NCBI GenBank assembly: GCA_044225365.1
Contig: JBGAIQ010000024.1
Span: 23,023-87,022, forward strand
Direction: 5' to 3'
Length of the DNA stretch: 64,000 nucleotides
Source: Planctomycetota bacterium
GTDB lineage: Bacteria > Planctomycetota > B15-G4 > JADJEK01
The notes below the pieces were generated by a model that did no database searches, was not told where the DNA came from, and worked only from the letters and a program-made list of their open reading frames with translations. The translations under genes and the position numbers were made by a program. Of the stretch, positions 48,626 to 61,119 are shown piece by piece. The first letter of the stretch is position 1. Each line of letters starts with the position of its first letter.

Positions 48626-51178
48626 ATGACGGATCCGACGGGCCAAACCGAACCTCTCCTCATCGAGAAGGAGATGAAGGACAGTTATCTGTCCTACGCG
48701 ATGTCGGTCATCGTGAGCCGCGCGCTCCCCGATGTTCGCGACGGGTTGAAGCCATCACAGCGCCGGGTCCTCGTCGCGATGCACGACCTCGGCCTCGGTC
48801 CCCGCTCGAACTATCGAAAGTGCGCGAAGATCGCGGGCGACACGTCGGGCAACTATCACCCTCACGGTGAAGCCGTCGTCTACCCGACGCTCGTCCGCAT
48901 GGCGCAACCGTTCGTGATGCGCTACCCGCTCGTCGACGGTCAGGGCAACTTCGGGTCGGTCGACGGTGACCCGCCCGCGGCGATGCGCTACACCGAAGCG
49001 CGCATGTCGGCGGCCGCCGCCGAGATGATGTCCGACCTCGATCGCGAAACGGTCGACCGTATTCCGAGCTACGACAACGAACGCACGGAGCCCGTGATCC
49101 TCCCCGGTGCGTTTCCGAACCTGCTGTGCAACGGCAGCAGCGGTATCGCCGTCGGCATGGCGACGTCGATCCCTCCGCACAATCTGAACGAAGTCGCGGA
49201 TGGCATCATCAAACTGCTCGCGAATCCCGAGACCACGATCGACGAGCTCGGTCAGATCATCAAGGGCCCCGACTTCCCGACGGGCGGCATCATCTGCGGT
49301 CGCAAGGGCATTCGCGATGCGTATCACAACGGTCGCGGCCAGATCACGGTGCGCGCACGCACCGCGGTCGAAGAGCTGAAGTCGGGCCGAAAGCAGATCG
49401 TCGTCACGGAGATCCCGTATCAACTGAACAAGACGCAGCTCATCGAGACGATCGCGGGCGCGGTCAAGGACGATCGGATCCCGTCGGTCTCCGACATCCG
49501 CGACGAATCCGACAAGGACGGCATGCGGCTCGTGATCGAGCTCAAGAAGGGCGAGGACGAGAACGTCGCGCTCAACCAGCTCTTCAAGCACAGCCAGCTC
49601 GAATCGAACTTCTCGATCATCAACATCGCGCTGGTCGACGGCCACCCGCGAACGCTGAATCTGAAGCAGTTCCTCGAATCCTACGTCTCGCATCGGCGCG
49701 AGGTCATTCGTCGCCGCACGCAGTTCCTGCTGAAGAAGGCCGAGGATCGCCTCCACATCGTCGAGGGTCTCAAGATCGCCGTCGATCACATCGACGAGGT
49801 GGTGCGCACGATTCGCGAAGCGGCGAACGTCGACGTCGCGAAGACGAACCTCATGGCGAAGTTCTCCTTCTCGGAGATCCAGGCCACCGAGATCCTGAAG
49901 ATGCAGCTGCGCGCACTCACCGGTCTCGAGCGCGAGAAGCTCGAAGCGGAGCGGCTCAAGCTCATCAGCGAGATCGCGGACTTGAAGGACATCCTCGCCA
50001 ACATCGCTCGCGTCGACGCGATGATCCGCGAAGATCTCGAGGACCAGAAGAAGAAGTTCGGCGACAAGCGCCTCACCGAGATCTCCGATCCGATCAACGA
50101 ACTCGACGATGCCGATCTGATCCCCGACGAGACGATGGCGGTCACGGTGAGCCACAAGGGCTACGTGAAGCGTCTCTCGCTCGACACCTATCGCCGCCAA
50201 GGACGCGGCGGAATGGGCATCACGGGCGCGGGCTCGGGCGACGAGGACTACCTCGAGCACCTGTTCGTGGCGCAGAACCACGACTACATCCTGTTCCTTA
50301 CCGATCGCGGCCGTCTCCACTGGCTCAAGGTGTATTTGATCCCCGAGCTGTCGCGACAGAGCAAGGGCCGTTCGATCGTCAATCTCGTCCAGCTCGAGCA
50401 GGGCGAGAAGGTCACGTCGATGATTCCCGTCCGCGAGTTCGACCGCGGATATCTCTTCATGGCGACGCGCCACGGCACGGTGAAGAAGACCGCGCTCTCC
50501 GCGTTCAAGCGCCCGAAGCGCACCGGCATCATCGCGATCGATCTCGAAGAGGGCGATGCCCTCGTCGGCGTCTCGGTCGTGAACGATGCCGAAGAAGTGC
50601 TCCTCGCCACTGCGAAGGGTCAGGCGATCCGCTTCGCCGCGGCGGCGGTGCGTGCGATGGGTCGCAACGCGCGAGGCGTGCGTGGCATCCGTCCGCGCGA
50701 AGGCGACAAGGTCGTCGATCTCGTCGTCGTCGATACCACCGCCGAAGTCCTCTCGGTCGGTGAGAAGGGCCTCGGCAAGCGCACTCCGTTCGAGGAGTAC
50801 CGCGTCACGAATCGCGGCGGCCTTGGCATCATCAACATGAAGCTTGGCGACAAGACGGGCGACGTGGTGGCGGTGAAGGCCGTGCGCGCCGGCGACGACC
50901 TCATGATCATGACCGAAGGCGGAATGGTCGTGCGCATCGGCATCGATTCGATATCGAGCGTCGGCCGCAACTCCCAAGGCGTCAAGTTGATCTCCCTGAA
51001 GAATGGCGACCGACTCGTCGCCGTCACGCCCGTCGTGAAGGACGACAGCGAAGGCACCGCGCCGCGCGTGGACCTTGCGGAGACGACCGATGTCGGCGAC
51101 GATACGGCTCCGGGCGTCGAAGATCCCGAAGCTCCCGATGTGGACTCCCCCGACGCCCAAGATCCGCCCGAAGAGTGA
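48626..51178 (+). CDS. gyrA: DNA gyrase subunit A
   Basis: YAMSVIVSRALPDVRDGLKP, YHPHG, AAMRYTE, GyrA box QGRGGMG, acidic tail. Confidence 0.98.
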   Translation: MTDPTGQTEPLLIEKEMKDSYLSYAMSVIVSRALPDVRDGLKPSQRRVLVAMHDLGLGPRSNYRKCAKIAGDTSGNYHPHGEAVVYPTLVRMAQPFVMRYPLVDGQGNFGSVDGDPPAAMRYTEARMSAAAAEMMSDLDRETVDRIPSYDNERTEPVILPGAFPNLLCNGSSGIAVGMATSIPPHNLNEVADGIIKLLANPETTIDELGQIIKGPDFPTGGIICGRKGIRDAYHNGRGQITVRARTAVEELKSGRKQIVVTEIPYQLNKTQLIETIAGAVKDDRIPSVSDIRDESDKDGMRLVIELKKGEDENVALNQLFKHSQLESNFSIINIALVDGHPRTLNLKQFLESYVSHRREVIRRRTQFLLKKAEDRLHIVEGLKIAVDHIDEVVRTIREAANVDVAKTNLMAKFSFSEIQATEILKMQLRALTGLEREKLEAERLKLISEIADLKDILANIARVDAMIREDLEDQKKKFGDKRLTEISDPINELDDADLIPDETMAVTVSHKGYVKRLSLDTYRRQGRGGMGITGAGSGDEDYLEHLFVAQNHDYILFLTDRGRLHWLKVYLIPELSRQSKGRSIVNLVQLEQGEKVTSMIPVREFDRGYLFMATRHGTVKKTALSAFKRPKRTGIIAIDLEEGDALVGVSVVNDAEEVLLATAKGQAIRFAAAAVRAMGRNARGVRGIRPREGDKVVDLVVVDTTAEVLSVGEKGLGKRTPFEEYRVTNRGGLGIINMKLGDKTGDVVAVKAVRAGDDLMIMTEGGMVVRIGIDSISSVGRNSQGVKLISLKNGDRLVAVTPVVKDDSEGTAPRVDLAETTDVGDDTAPGVEDPEAPDVDSPDAQDPPEE

Positions 51179-51189
51179 ATGAAGGCGCA

Positions 51190-52464
51190 ATGACCGACGA
51201 CAAGAAGAGCCCGTTCGCCCCGATCTCGGAGATCCTGAAAGACCTCCGAGACGGAAAGATGATCGTGCTCTGCGACGACGAGGATCGCGAGAACGAGGGT
51301 GACCTCTGCTTCGCGGCGGAGTTCGTCACGCCCGAGAAGATCAACTTCATGATCCGCAACGCGGGCGGACTCATCTGCCTCGCGATGACCCCCGAGATGA
51401 TCGATCGACTCGCGCTCCCGATGCAGGCCGAGAAGAACGACTCGAAGTTCCAGACCGCTTTCACGGTTTCGATCGAAGCGCGGCACGGCGTGTCGACGGG
51501 CATCTCCGCGGCCGATCGCGCGACGACGATCCGCGCCGCGATCGAGGATCAGGCGAAGCCGGAGGACGTCGTCCGTCCCGGCCACATCTTTCCGCTGCGT
51601 GCGCGCGCGGGCGGCACGCTGGTGCGCGCGGGCCAGACCGAGGGCATCGTCGATCTTTGTCGTCTCGCCGGATTGAAGCCCGCAGGCGTGATCTGCGAGA
51701 TCCTGAAGGAAGACGGCACGATGGCGCGGGTGCCGGACCTCGAGAAGTACGTTTCGGCGCATGGCATCAAGATGTGCAGCGTTGCCGACCTCATCGAGTA
51801 TCGACGGCGCACCGAGAAACTCGTGACGCGAACCGTTTCGGTCAAGTTGCCGACGAGCTTCGGCGCCGAGTTCGACGTCCACGTCTACCGCTCGAAGATC
51901 GACGAACAGCCGCACCTCGCCCTCAGTCTCGGGCTTCCCGCTCCGGTCGGCGACGCCGGCGCGCCGCCGCTGTCCGAACCCGTGCTCGTCCGAGTCCACT
52001 CCGAGTGCCTCACGGGTGATCTTCTCGGTTCGATGCTTTGCGATTGCGGGTCGCAGCTCCATCTCGCGCTCGAGCAGATCGCCCGCGAGGGCAAGGGCGT
52101 GCTGCTCTACATCCGTCAGGAAGGTCGTGGAATCGGCCTCGAGAACAAGCTGCGCGCCTACCACCTTCAGCAGACGAAGGGCCTCGACACCGTCGACGCC
52201 AACCTGGCGCTTGGCCTGCCGCCCGACATCCGCGAGTACGGAACCGGCGCGCAGATGCTCCTCGACCTCGGCGTCCGGCGGATTCGCCTGCTCACGAACA
52301 ACCTGCGCAAATATCACGCGCTGAAGGGATACGGCCTGTCGATCGAAGATCGAGTGCCGATCGTCGTTGCGCCTAACCCGCATAATGCCAAATACTTGAA
52401 GACGAAGGTCGAGCGCATGGGCCACGTCTTCGGGCCCGGTGAGATCCCCGAGAAGGGGATCTGA
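51190..52464 (+). CDS. ribBA: Bifunctional DHBP synthase / GTP cyclohydrolase II
   Basis: DDEDRENEGD, TAFTVSI, RPGHIFPL, RVHSECLTGD, CDCGSQL, QEGRGIGL, LLTNN. Confidence 0.96.
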   Translation: MTDDKKSPFAPISEILKDLRDGKMIVLCDDEDRENEGDLCFAAEFVTPEKINFMIRNAGGLICLAMTPEMIDRLALPMQAEKNDSKFQTAFTVSIEARHGVSTGISAADRATTIRAAIEDQAKPEDVVRPGHIFPLRARAGGTLVRAGQTEGIVDLCRLAGLKPAGVICEILKEDGTMARVPDLEKYVSAHGIKMCSVADLIEYRRRTEKLVTRTVSVKLPTSFGAEFDVHVYRSKIDEQPHLALSLGLPAPVGDAGAPPLSEPVLVRVHSECLTGDLLGSMLCDCGSQLHLALEQIAREGKGVLLYIRQEGRGIGLENKLRAYHLQQTKGLDTVDANLALGLPPDIREYGTGAQMLLDLGVRRIRLLTNNLRKYHALKGYGLSIEDRVPIVVAPNPHNAKYLKTKVERMGHVFGPGEIPEKGI

Positions 52465-52587
52465 CCCGAAGAAAAGTTCGGCCAAGCGGGAAGGCGACTA
52501 GGAACGGCGCGACGAAAGCAGCCCTGCGGCGCCGTGGCGTCGCGTTTTCACGTCCCTCGTCCCCCGAACTGCTGAAGACCCGCGTCC

Positions 52588-53190
52588 ATGGACCTCGACT
52601 CGGAAACCGACGACCGCATGCTCGTGGAACGAGCGAAGACCGGCGACACCGCCGCCTTCGACGAGTTGGTCCGACGCCATTACGAACGGGTCTATCGCAA
52701 CGCCTATCGGATCCTCGAGTCGGTCGAAGACGCCGAGGAAGTCGTTCAAGAGACCTTCGCCCGCGCCGTTCTCGCCCTCGATCGATTCGATCATCGCGCC
52801 TCGTTCTTCACCTGGCTCGTCTCGATCGCGCGCAACGCCGCGTTCGATCAACTCCGGTCGAAGAAGCGACGCGCACGCACCTACGGGATCGAAGAAGGCT
52901 TCGACAACCTGGCGGTCGACCACTCGTCGAGCCCATTCGCGGCGTCCACCGACAGCGAGTCGTCCGCGATCGTTCGCAAGGGGCTCATGCGATTGAACGA
53001 GCGCGATCGGACGCTCCTGATCCTGCGGGAGTACGAAGGGCTGCAATACGAGGAGATCGCGAAGGTCCTCGACTGCTCGGTCGGAACGATCGAGTCCGGA
53101 ATCCATCGCGCCCGAAAGAAGCTGCGGTACTACCTCGCCGCGCTCGAACCGAACCAAGACGACATCGCGACGAAAGCGAGGTCCCCATGA
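52588..53190 (+). CDS. ECF RNA polymerase sigma factor
   Basis: GDTAAFDELV, DAEEVVQETF, FFTWL..IARN, EGLQYEEIA..GTIESGIHRAR. Confidence 0.93.
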   Translation: MDLDSETDDRMLVERAKTGDTAAFDELVRRHYERVYRNAYRILESVEDAEEVVQETFARAVLALDRFDHRASFFTWLVSIARNAAFDQLRSKKRRARTYGIEEGFDNLAVDHSSSPFAASTDSESSAIVRKGLMRLNERDRTLLILREYEGLQYEEIAKVLDCSVGTIESGIHRARKKLRYYLAALEPNQDDIATKARSP

Positions 53191-53681
53191 CCGACCGAGA
53201 ACGAGATCAGAACGGCGCACCGTTGCGCCGAGACCAGGACGAGATCGATCGCTGGATCGGCCTCGAACTCGATGGCCGACTCGGCGAGCCCGAACGCCGC
53301 GAGCTGGACCTCCTCCTGAAGCAATCGGGGGAGGCTCGTCGAACGCTCGCGAGCTATTCCACGACGCGCGACACGATCCGCACGTTGAAGGTCCCGGTGC
53401 CCTCGCACGAGCTGCTCGCCAAGACGCTGCAACGCGTCGAGGCGGCTCGCGGCTTGAAGCATCGAGAGGGTGTCGTGCTGCCGTGGATTCGCGGCATCGC
53501 GATCGCGGCGGCGCTCCTGCTCGCGGCGAACACGGCGATGTTCAAGACGATCCACGGCGACGACCAGAAGGACAAGCTCATCACGGTGGAGGACGAGATC
53601 CGCGCTGCGGGAGGCAAGGCCCAGCAGCCCGATTCGCTCGTCGATTACCTCGCGTGGTACTTCCTGCGGAGGGGTCGTTGA
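53187..53681 (+). CDS. Putative transmembrane anti-sigma factor (no Zn motif)
   Basis: LDGRLGEPERRELDLLL ASD-like helix; TM IAIAAALLLAA; ATGA overlap with sigma. Confidence 0.7.
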   Translation: MTDRERDQNGAPLRRDQDEIDRWIGLELDGRLGEPERRELDLLLKQSGEARRTLASYSTTRDTIRTLKVPVPSHELLAKTLQRVEAARGLKHREGVVLPWIRGIAIAAALLLAANTAMFKTIHGDDQKDKLITVEDEIRAAGGKAQQPDSLVDYLAWYFLRRGR

Positions 53682-54013
53682 ATCGGACGGTCGCCTGGCT
53701 GCTCGTCGCAGTCGCGCTCGTGTTCGCCGCCGGATTCGGGAGCGGGACGATCGCTGCGAGGCGCGCCGCTTCCGCGAGCAGCAACACCTATCTCCAAGAG
53801 CTGAAGGTTCGGTACCATCTGACCGAGTCCCAAGTCGCCGAGGTGAAGACCCTCTTGGCGGACGAGCGCGAGAAGATCGACGCGATCTTCTCGACGGTCG
53901 AGGCGCAGGTGAAGGATCGGATCGTCAGTGCCCGCAAGGACACCGAGAATCGGATCCGTGAGAAGTTGAGCAAGGAACAGCAGGCCGAGTTCGATCGCGA
54001 TCGAATGCAGTGA
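53678..54013 (+). CDS. Membrane-anchored helical protein (Spy/CpxP-like)
   Basis: TM VFAAGFGSG, LTESQVAEVKTLL, IREKLSKEQQAEFD. Confidence 0.6.
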   Translation: MNRTVAWLLVAVALVFAAGFGSGTIAARRAASASSNTYLQELKVRYHLTESQVAEVKTLLADEREKIDAIFSTVEAQVKDRIVSARKDTENRIREKLSKEQQAEFDRDRMQ

Positions 54014-54025
54014 GCGGAGGCTGAA

Positions 54026-55798
54026 TTGGCGAACCACGTAGGTGTCGACCTCAGCAATCAACAGGTCCGAGTTCTCGAAACCGAAGGCACCGCGAAGAAG
54101 CTGAAGCTGAAGAAGTTTCGGCGCGCCGATTACGTCAAGGCGCAGGATCAGGCGGCGTCGGCGTTCCTCGACAAGGACGCGAGCAAGCCGATCGACGCAC
54201 TCTTCTCCGAGGGCAGGATCTCGCGCGAGCCAACGGCCCTGTCCTGGGACTCCGATCTCACGATCTTCCGCGAGCTCGAGCTGCCGTTCGTCGGGGAAGA
54301 GCAGATCCGCAAGGTCGTGAAGTACGAGGCCGAAGGCCACCTGCTGAACTGCGACATCGACGACGTCATCATCTCCTTCTATCGCCTCGCGGAGACGAAG
54401 GAGAAGAGCCACGTCATGGTGATGGCGGTCCGCAAGGATCTGCTGCTCAACCGTCTCGAGATCCTTGGTCGTGCCGGTGTCGATCCCCTCATGGCGGATC
54501 TCGACGTCATGGCGGCGTTCAACGCGCTTTCCGCTCTCGGATACACGCAAGAGCACAAGACGTTCATGCTGCTCGACTGCGGGCGGCGCACGACGAACTT
54601 GCTTCTCGTCTCCAACGATCGATTGATCGCGGGTCGCGCGATTCGCATCGGATCCGATCAGCTCGTGAAGCGCATCGCCGAAGACCTCAGCGTCGATCCT
54701 GGTGAGGTGGCGTCGCAGACCAAGCGTCTGCTCACGACCGCGCAGGACGAGCAGGCGGACGACCTCATCGTCACGGCCCGCGCGGCGAAGGGCGGCGAGA
54801 GCGACGAGACCAAGAAGCTTCCCGTCGAACTCGCTCGCGACCTCGCGATCCAGCGCGCGGGCGACTTCTTCGTGAAGCTGTCGCGCGAAGTGAGGCGCAC
54901 GTTGGCGACCGCGCGCGTGCCCGAGGGCGTCGAGGTCGTCTACGTCACCGGGCCGGGTTCGCGCCTGCCGGGATTCGTCGAGGGCATCACGCAGGGCCTC
55001 GGCATCGAAGCACCGGTGAAGCCGCTCGGCCTGATGGAACGGGTCGAATCGAGCCTGTCCGCCGAAGAAGCCGCGGACGCCGAGGTCGAGTGCCTCACCG
55101 CCCTCGGCCTCTGCTACAAGCTCGCGGGTCACGATGTCACCGGCATCGACTTCCGGCAGGAAGAGGCGAAGTACGCCCGCAAGTTCGACCAAGTCCGCGA
55201 GCCGCTCATCTATCTCGGCGGTCTCGTCCTCTTCTTCGTTCTCCTGCTGAACCTGCTCGATGTCCGCCTCCTCTCCTTGAAGGCCCCCTTCCTCGTCGAG
55301 GTCGACAAGGCCGAGATCTCGCAGATCCACAAGCAGGCCGCCGATGCCTACGCGCTGGGTATGGGCAACGGCGCGAAGCTGCCCGGCACGATGGCGAAGC
55401 CCACGCTCGCCTCCATGAACTTCATCAAGCGCGCGCTCGAGGAGAAGGTCAACTCACTGAAGGGCGAGCTCGGTCGCGGCGGCGGAATCCCCGAACTGCC
55501 TTCGGCCTTCGCGATGTGGAAGGACGCCTTCGATCACATCGCGACGAAGATGCCCGGGATCAAGAAGCTCTATCTCGACAACATGTCGATCCAGGTGCGG
55601 CAGCTCGATACACCGACGATCGAGCTCACGGGCTACGTCCCCGATGCGAACGCGTACGAGGAGCTGCATGAAGCGTTGTCGCAGATCCCGAACGTGAAGG
55701 TGAACTCACCGCAGACGGGCCCGAAGACGGTGAACGGCGTCGAGCTCTACAGCTTCAGCAAGTTGACCGTCACGTATCCGAAGCGCCAGGACGCCTGA
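54026..55798 (+). CDS. PilM-PilN fusion / GspL-like pilus or T2SS alignment protein
   Basis: Actin-like VGVDLS, LDCGRRTT, IGSDQL, VYVTGPGS; then GIDFR motif, TM and periplasmic ferredoxin-like tail (TIELTG..YEELHEAL). Confidence 0.75.
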   Translation: MANHVGVDLSNQQVRVLETEGTAKKLKLKKFRRADYVKAQDQAASAFLDKDASKPIDALFSEGRISREPTALSWDSDLTIFRELELPFVGEEQIRKVVKYEAEGHLLNCDIDDVIISFYRLAETKEKSHVMVMAVRKDLLLNRLEILGRAGVDPLMADLDVMAAFNALSALGYTQEHKTFMLLDCGRRTTNLLLVSNDRLIAGRAIRIGSDQLVKRIAEDLSVDPGEVASQTKRLLTTAQDEQADDLIVTARAAKGGESDETKKLPVELARDLAIQRAGDFFVKLSREVRRTLATARVPEGVEVVYVTGPGSRLPGFVEGITQGLGIEAPVKPLGLMERVESSLSAEEAADAEVECLTALGLCYKLAGHDVTGIDFRQEEAKYARKFDQVREPLIYLGGLVLFFVLLLNLLDVRLLSLKAPFLVEVDKAEISQIHKQAADAYALGMGNGAKLPGTMAKPTLASMNFIKRALEEKVNSLKGELGRGGGIPELPSAFAMWKDAFDHIATKMPGIKKLYLDNMSIQVRQLDTPTIELTGYVPDANAYEELHEALSQIPNVKVNSPQTGPKTVNGVELYSFSKLTVTYPKRQDA

Positions 55799-55806
55799 GG
55801 CAAGCC

Positions 55807-56361
55807 ATGGAAGCATCAAGAATCGCCATCATCTCCTGCTTCGCGCTCGCGGTCGCCGGTGTTGCGAGCGACTTCTGGCTCAAGAACCAGCAGGTCGTCG
55901 CGGAGAAGACGAAGACGTCCGCATTGACATTGCTCTCCGACATCGAGAAGACCCGCCTCGACGTCGAAGTCCTCGACAAGGAGAAGGAGCGCGACAAGCT
56001 CTCCGAGACGAAGGACAATGCGAAGGTGATCGCCTTCTTCGACAGCACGGCGAAGAACGACGCCAAGATGGACAAGGGCCCGACCGTCGTGCCGGCCCGT
56101 CCTGAGGGTAACAAGCAAGGGTTCATCGATCGCTCGTACGAGCTGAAGTGGTCGAGCTCGGGCCGCAACGTCGAGAAGTACTCACGGGAGAAGATCGCGG
56201 CCATGCTCTGGTTCATCGAGAACCGCGCGAGCTTGTTCAAGGTGACGTACTTGAAGATGCAGACCGACCCGAACACTCGCGATGACTTGTGGGAGCCCAC
56301 GATCCAGGTGACGCAGCGCAAGGGCGCGACGCCGGCCGAGATCGAAGAAGTCAATCACTGA
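55807..56361 (+). CDS. PilO/GspM-like membrane-anchored protein
   Basis: N-terminal TM, coiled coil, IAAMLWFIEN..KVTYLKM; follows PilM-N. Confidence 0.45.
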   Translation: MEASRIAIISCFALAVAGVASDFWLKNQQVVAEKTKTSALTLLSDIEKTRLDVEVLDKEKERDKLSETKDNAKVIAFFDSTAKNDAKMDKGPTVVPARPEGNKQGFIDRSYELKWSSSGRNVEKYSREKIAAMLWFIENRASLFKVTYLKMQTDPNTRDDLWEPTIQVTQRKGATPAEIEEVNH

Positions 56362-56368
56362 GCGACCG

Positions 56369-56390
56369 TCGCTCGCGAAGGCGCGAGCGA
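56369..56390. terminator. Stem-loop between convergent genes
   Basis: TCGCTCGCG-AAGG-CGCGAGCGA; no U-tract. Confidence 0.5.
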
Positions 56391-56403
56391 GGCGAGCTCG
56401 TTC

Positions 56404-59643
<3,240 letters not shown>

Positions 59644-59741
59644 CGAGAATGAACCCGCCTGTCTAAGAGTGCTCGTACGTCCGTGGCGTCACATCGCGGT
59701 TTCGCGAGCCGACCAGCGGACAAAATTTCGAAGAGTTAACC

Positions 59742-60179
59742 ATGAACGGATCGATCGAGCAACGAGTCGCTGCGCCGAAAGTTGACCCCCGGGCCCCCAC
59801 GATCGGATTCTTCGCGCTGATGGTGATCTTCGTGGTCACCGGTGGCGCCATGGTCTACTGGGGCCGGAACTACCACGGCAAGTTCGGACAGGCCGTGGGC
59901 ATCGTCGTGGATGCCAAGACGGGCACGCCGGTCGCAAACGCGAAGGTCTTCCTGAAGGGCATCTTCCCGGCCAATCACCCGACGGCCCACGGCGAGATCA
60001 CGATCGAGCGCGACTGCCTGTCGGCCGCAGATGGTCGCTTCGTGCTTTCAGAAACCGTTTCGGGCAACTTCGCCCTCACGATCACGCACGACGGGTTCTC
60101 GCCCTACTCCGCCACGATCGCGATGGGCGTCGCCGAGCACAAGGACTTGGGGAAGCTGCCGCTCACGTCGAGCCCGTAA
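59742..60179 (+). CDS. Membrane-anchored carboxypeptidase-regulatory-like domain protein
   Basis: TM, then GIVVDAKTGTPVANAKV, SAADGRFVL, GNFALTITHDGF. Confidence 0.72.
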   Translation: MNGSIEQRVAAPKVDPRAPTIGFFALMVIFVVTGGAMVYWGRNYHGKFGQAVGIVVDAKTGTPVANAKVFLKGIFPANHPTAHGEITIERDCLSAADGRFVLSETVSGNFALTITHDGFSPYSATIAMGVAEHKDLGKLPLTSSP

Positions 60180-60183
60180 CGAA

Positions 60184-60219
60184 CGAAACGTCGCGTCCCA
60201 AGGGGAGCGCGACGTTTCG
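60184..60219. terminator. Probable bidirectional terminator
   Basis: Perfect 12-bp inverted repeat CGAAACGTCGCG / CGCGACGTTTCG between convergent genes. Confidence 0.7.
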
Positions 60220-60246
60220 CTTGGCGCCGTAGGCCAGCCGCCGTGC

Positions 60247-60858
60247 TTACAGTCGCTTCGAGTAGAACTCGACGACGAGCTGCGTGTCGAACTGCGTCGG
60301 CAACTGATCCGAAGCCGGCATGGCGACGACCTTCGCCGTCATCTCGCCGGAGTTGACGTCGAGCCAGCTCGGCCGATGCGGGCCCTGCTGGATCTGTTCC
60401 TTCAACATCGCGACGTTCTTGCTGCGATCCTTCACCGTCACCGTGTCGCCGGGACGCAGGAGCATCGAGGCGATGTCGGCGCGATGGCCGTTCACCTTGA
60501 AGTGCCCGTGATTGACGAGCTGGCGCGCCGCGGGGATCGTCGGCGCGAAGCCGGCACGGAACACGATGTTGTCGAGGCGTCGCTCGAGCAATTGGATCAG
60601 ACGGTCGCCGGTCGAGCCCTCGAGGCGGCGAGCCTCGCGCACCGTATTACGGAGCTGGGCTTCCGAGAGGCCGTAGTTGAGTCGCATCTTCTGCTTCTCG
60701 CGCAACTGGCGACCGTACTCCGAGGGCGCGCGGCGGAAGTTGCGGCCGTGCTGTCCAGGCGGGAAGTTGCGGTCGCCGATCGTCTTGCGCGTGAATGCGG
60801 GGAGATCGACATCGAGCGAGCGAATGCGCTTGCGGCGCGGTCCGGTGTATCGAGACAT
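60247..60858 (-). CDS. rpsD: 30S ribosomal protein S4 (Cys-free form)
   Basis: MSRYTGPR, PPGQHG, SEYGRQLREKQK, LERRLDNIVFRAGF, ARQLVNHGH, VVEFYSK. Confidence 0.97.
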   Translation of the reverse strand: MSRYTGPRRKRIRSLDVDLPAFTRKTIGDRNFPPGQHGRNFRRAPSEYGRQLREKQKMRLNYGLSEAQLRNTVREARRLEGSTGDRLIQLLERRLDNIVFRAGFAPTIPAARQLVNHGHFKVNGHRADIASMLLRPGDTVTVKDRSKNVAMLKEQIQQGPHRPSWLDVNSGEMTAKVVAMPASDQLPTQFDTQLVVEFYSKRL

Positions 60859-61050
60859 GAAAAGAGTGACCTGTCCGGTACTGGCTTGAGAGCAGGGCTC
60901 TCGGACTAGAAAATCAGGCTCCGCCGGTGCGCGAATCCAAGGTGTGTAGTCGAGTATCGGAAGCGCGTCGCCCAGTACCGAGGCGAGTTGCTGACCGATA
61001 CCAGCGGAGAAGCCCCCGTCGCCCTGCAAGTGCCGGACGATGGGGAGCCG
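60859..61050 (-). promoter_or_regulatory. Structured 5' leader of rpsD
   Basis: Several nested inverted repeats and an alternative 9-bp pairing near the start codon. Confidence 0.5.
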
Positions 61051-61053
61051 CAC

Positions 61054-61083
61054 ATCAAAGCACGCCGGGTGCGCGCTTGTAAA
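61054..61083 (-). promoter_or_regulatory. Candidate sigma-70 promoter for rpsD
   Basis: Minus strand TTTACA-18 nt-TTTGAT with TGn extension. Confidence 0.45.
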
Positions 61084-61119
61084 CCCCCTAGATGGGGCAA
61101 TCGGGGGGATCGCGGCGTT

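Noticed and set aside
48755-51190. 811-aa minus-strand ORF
   Set aside because: Antisense shadow of gyrA
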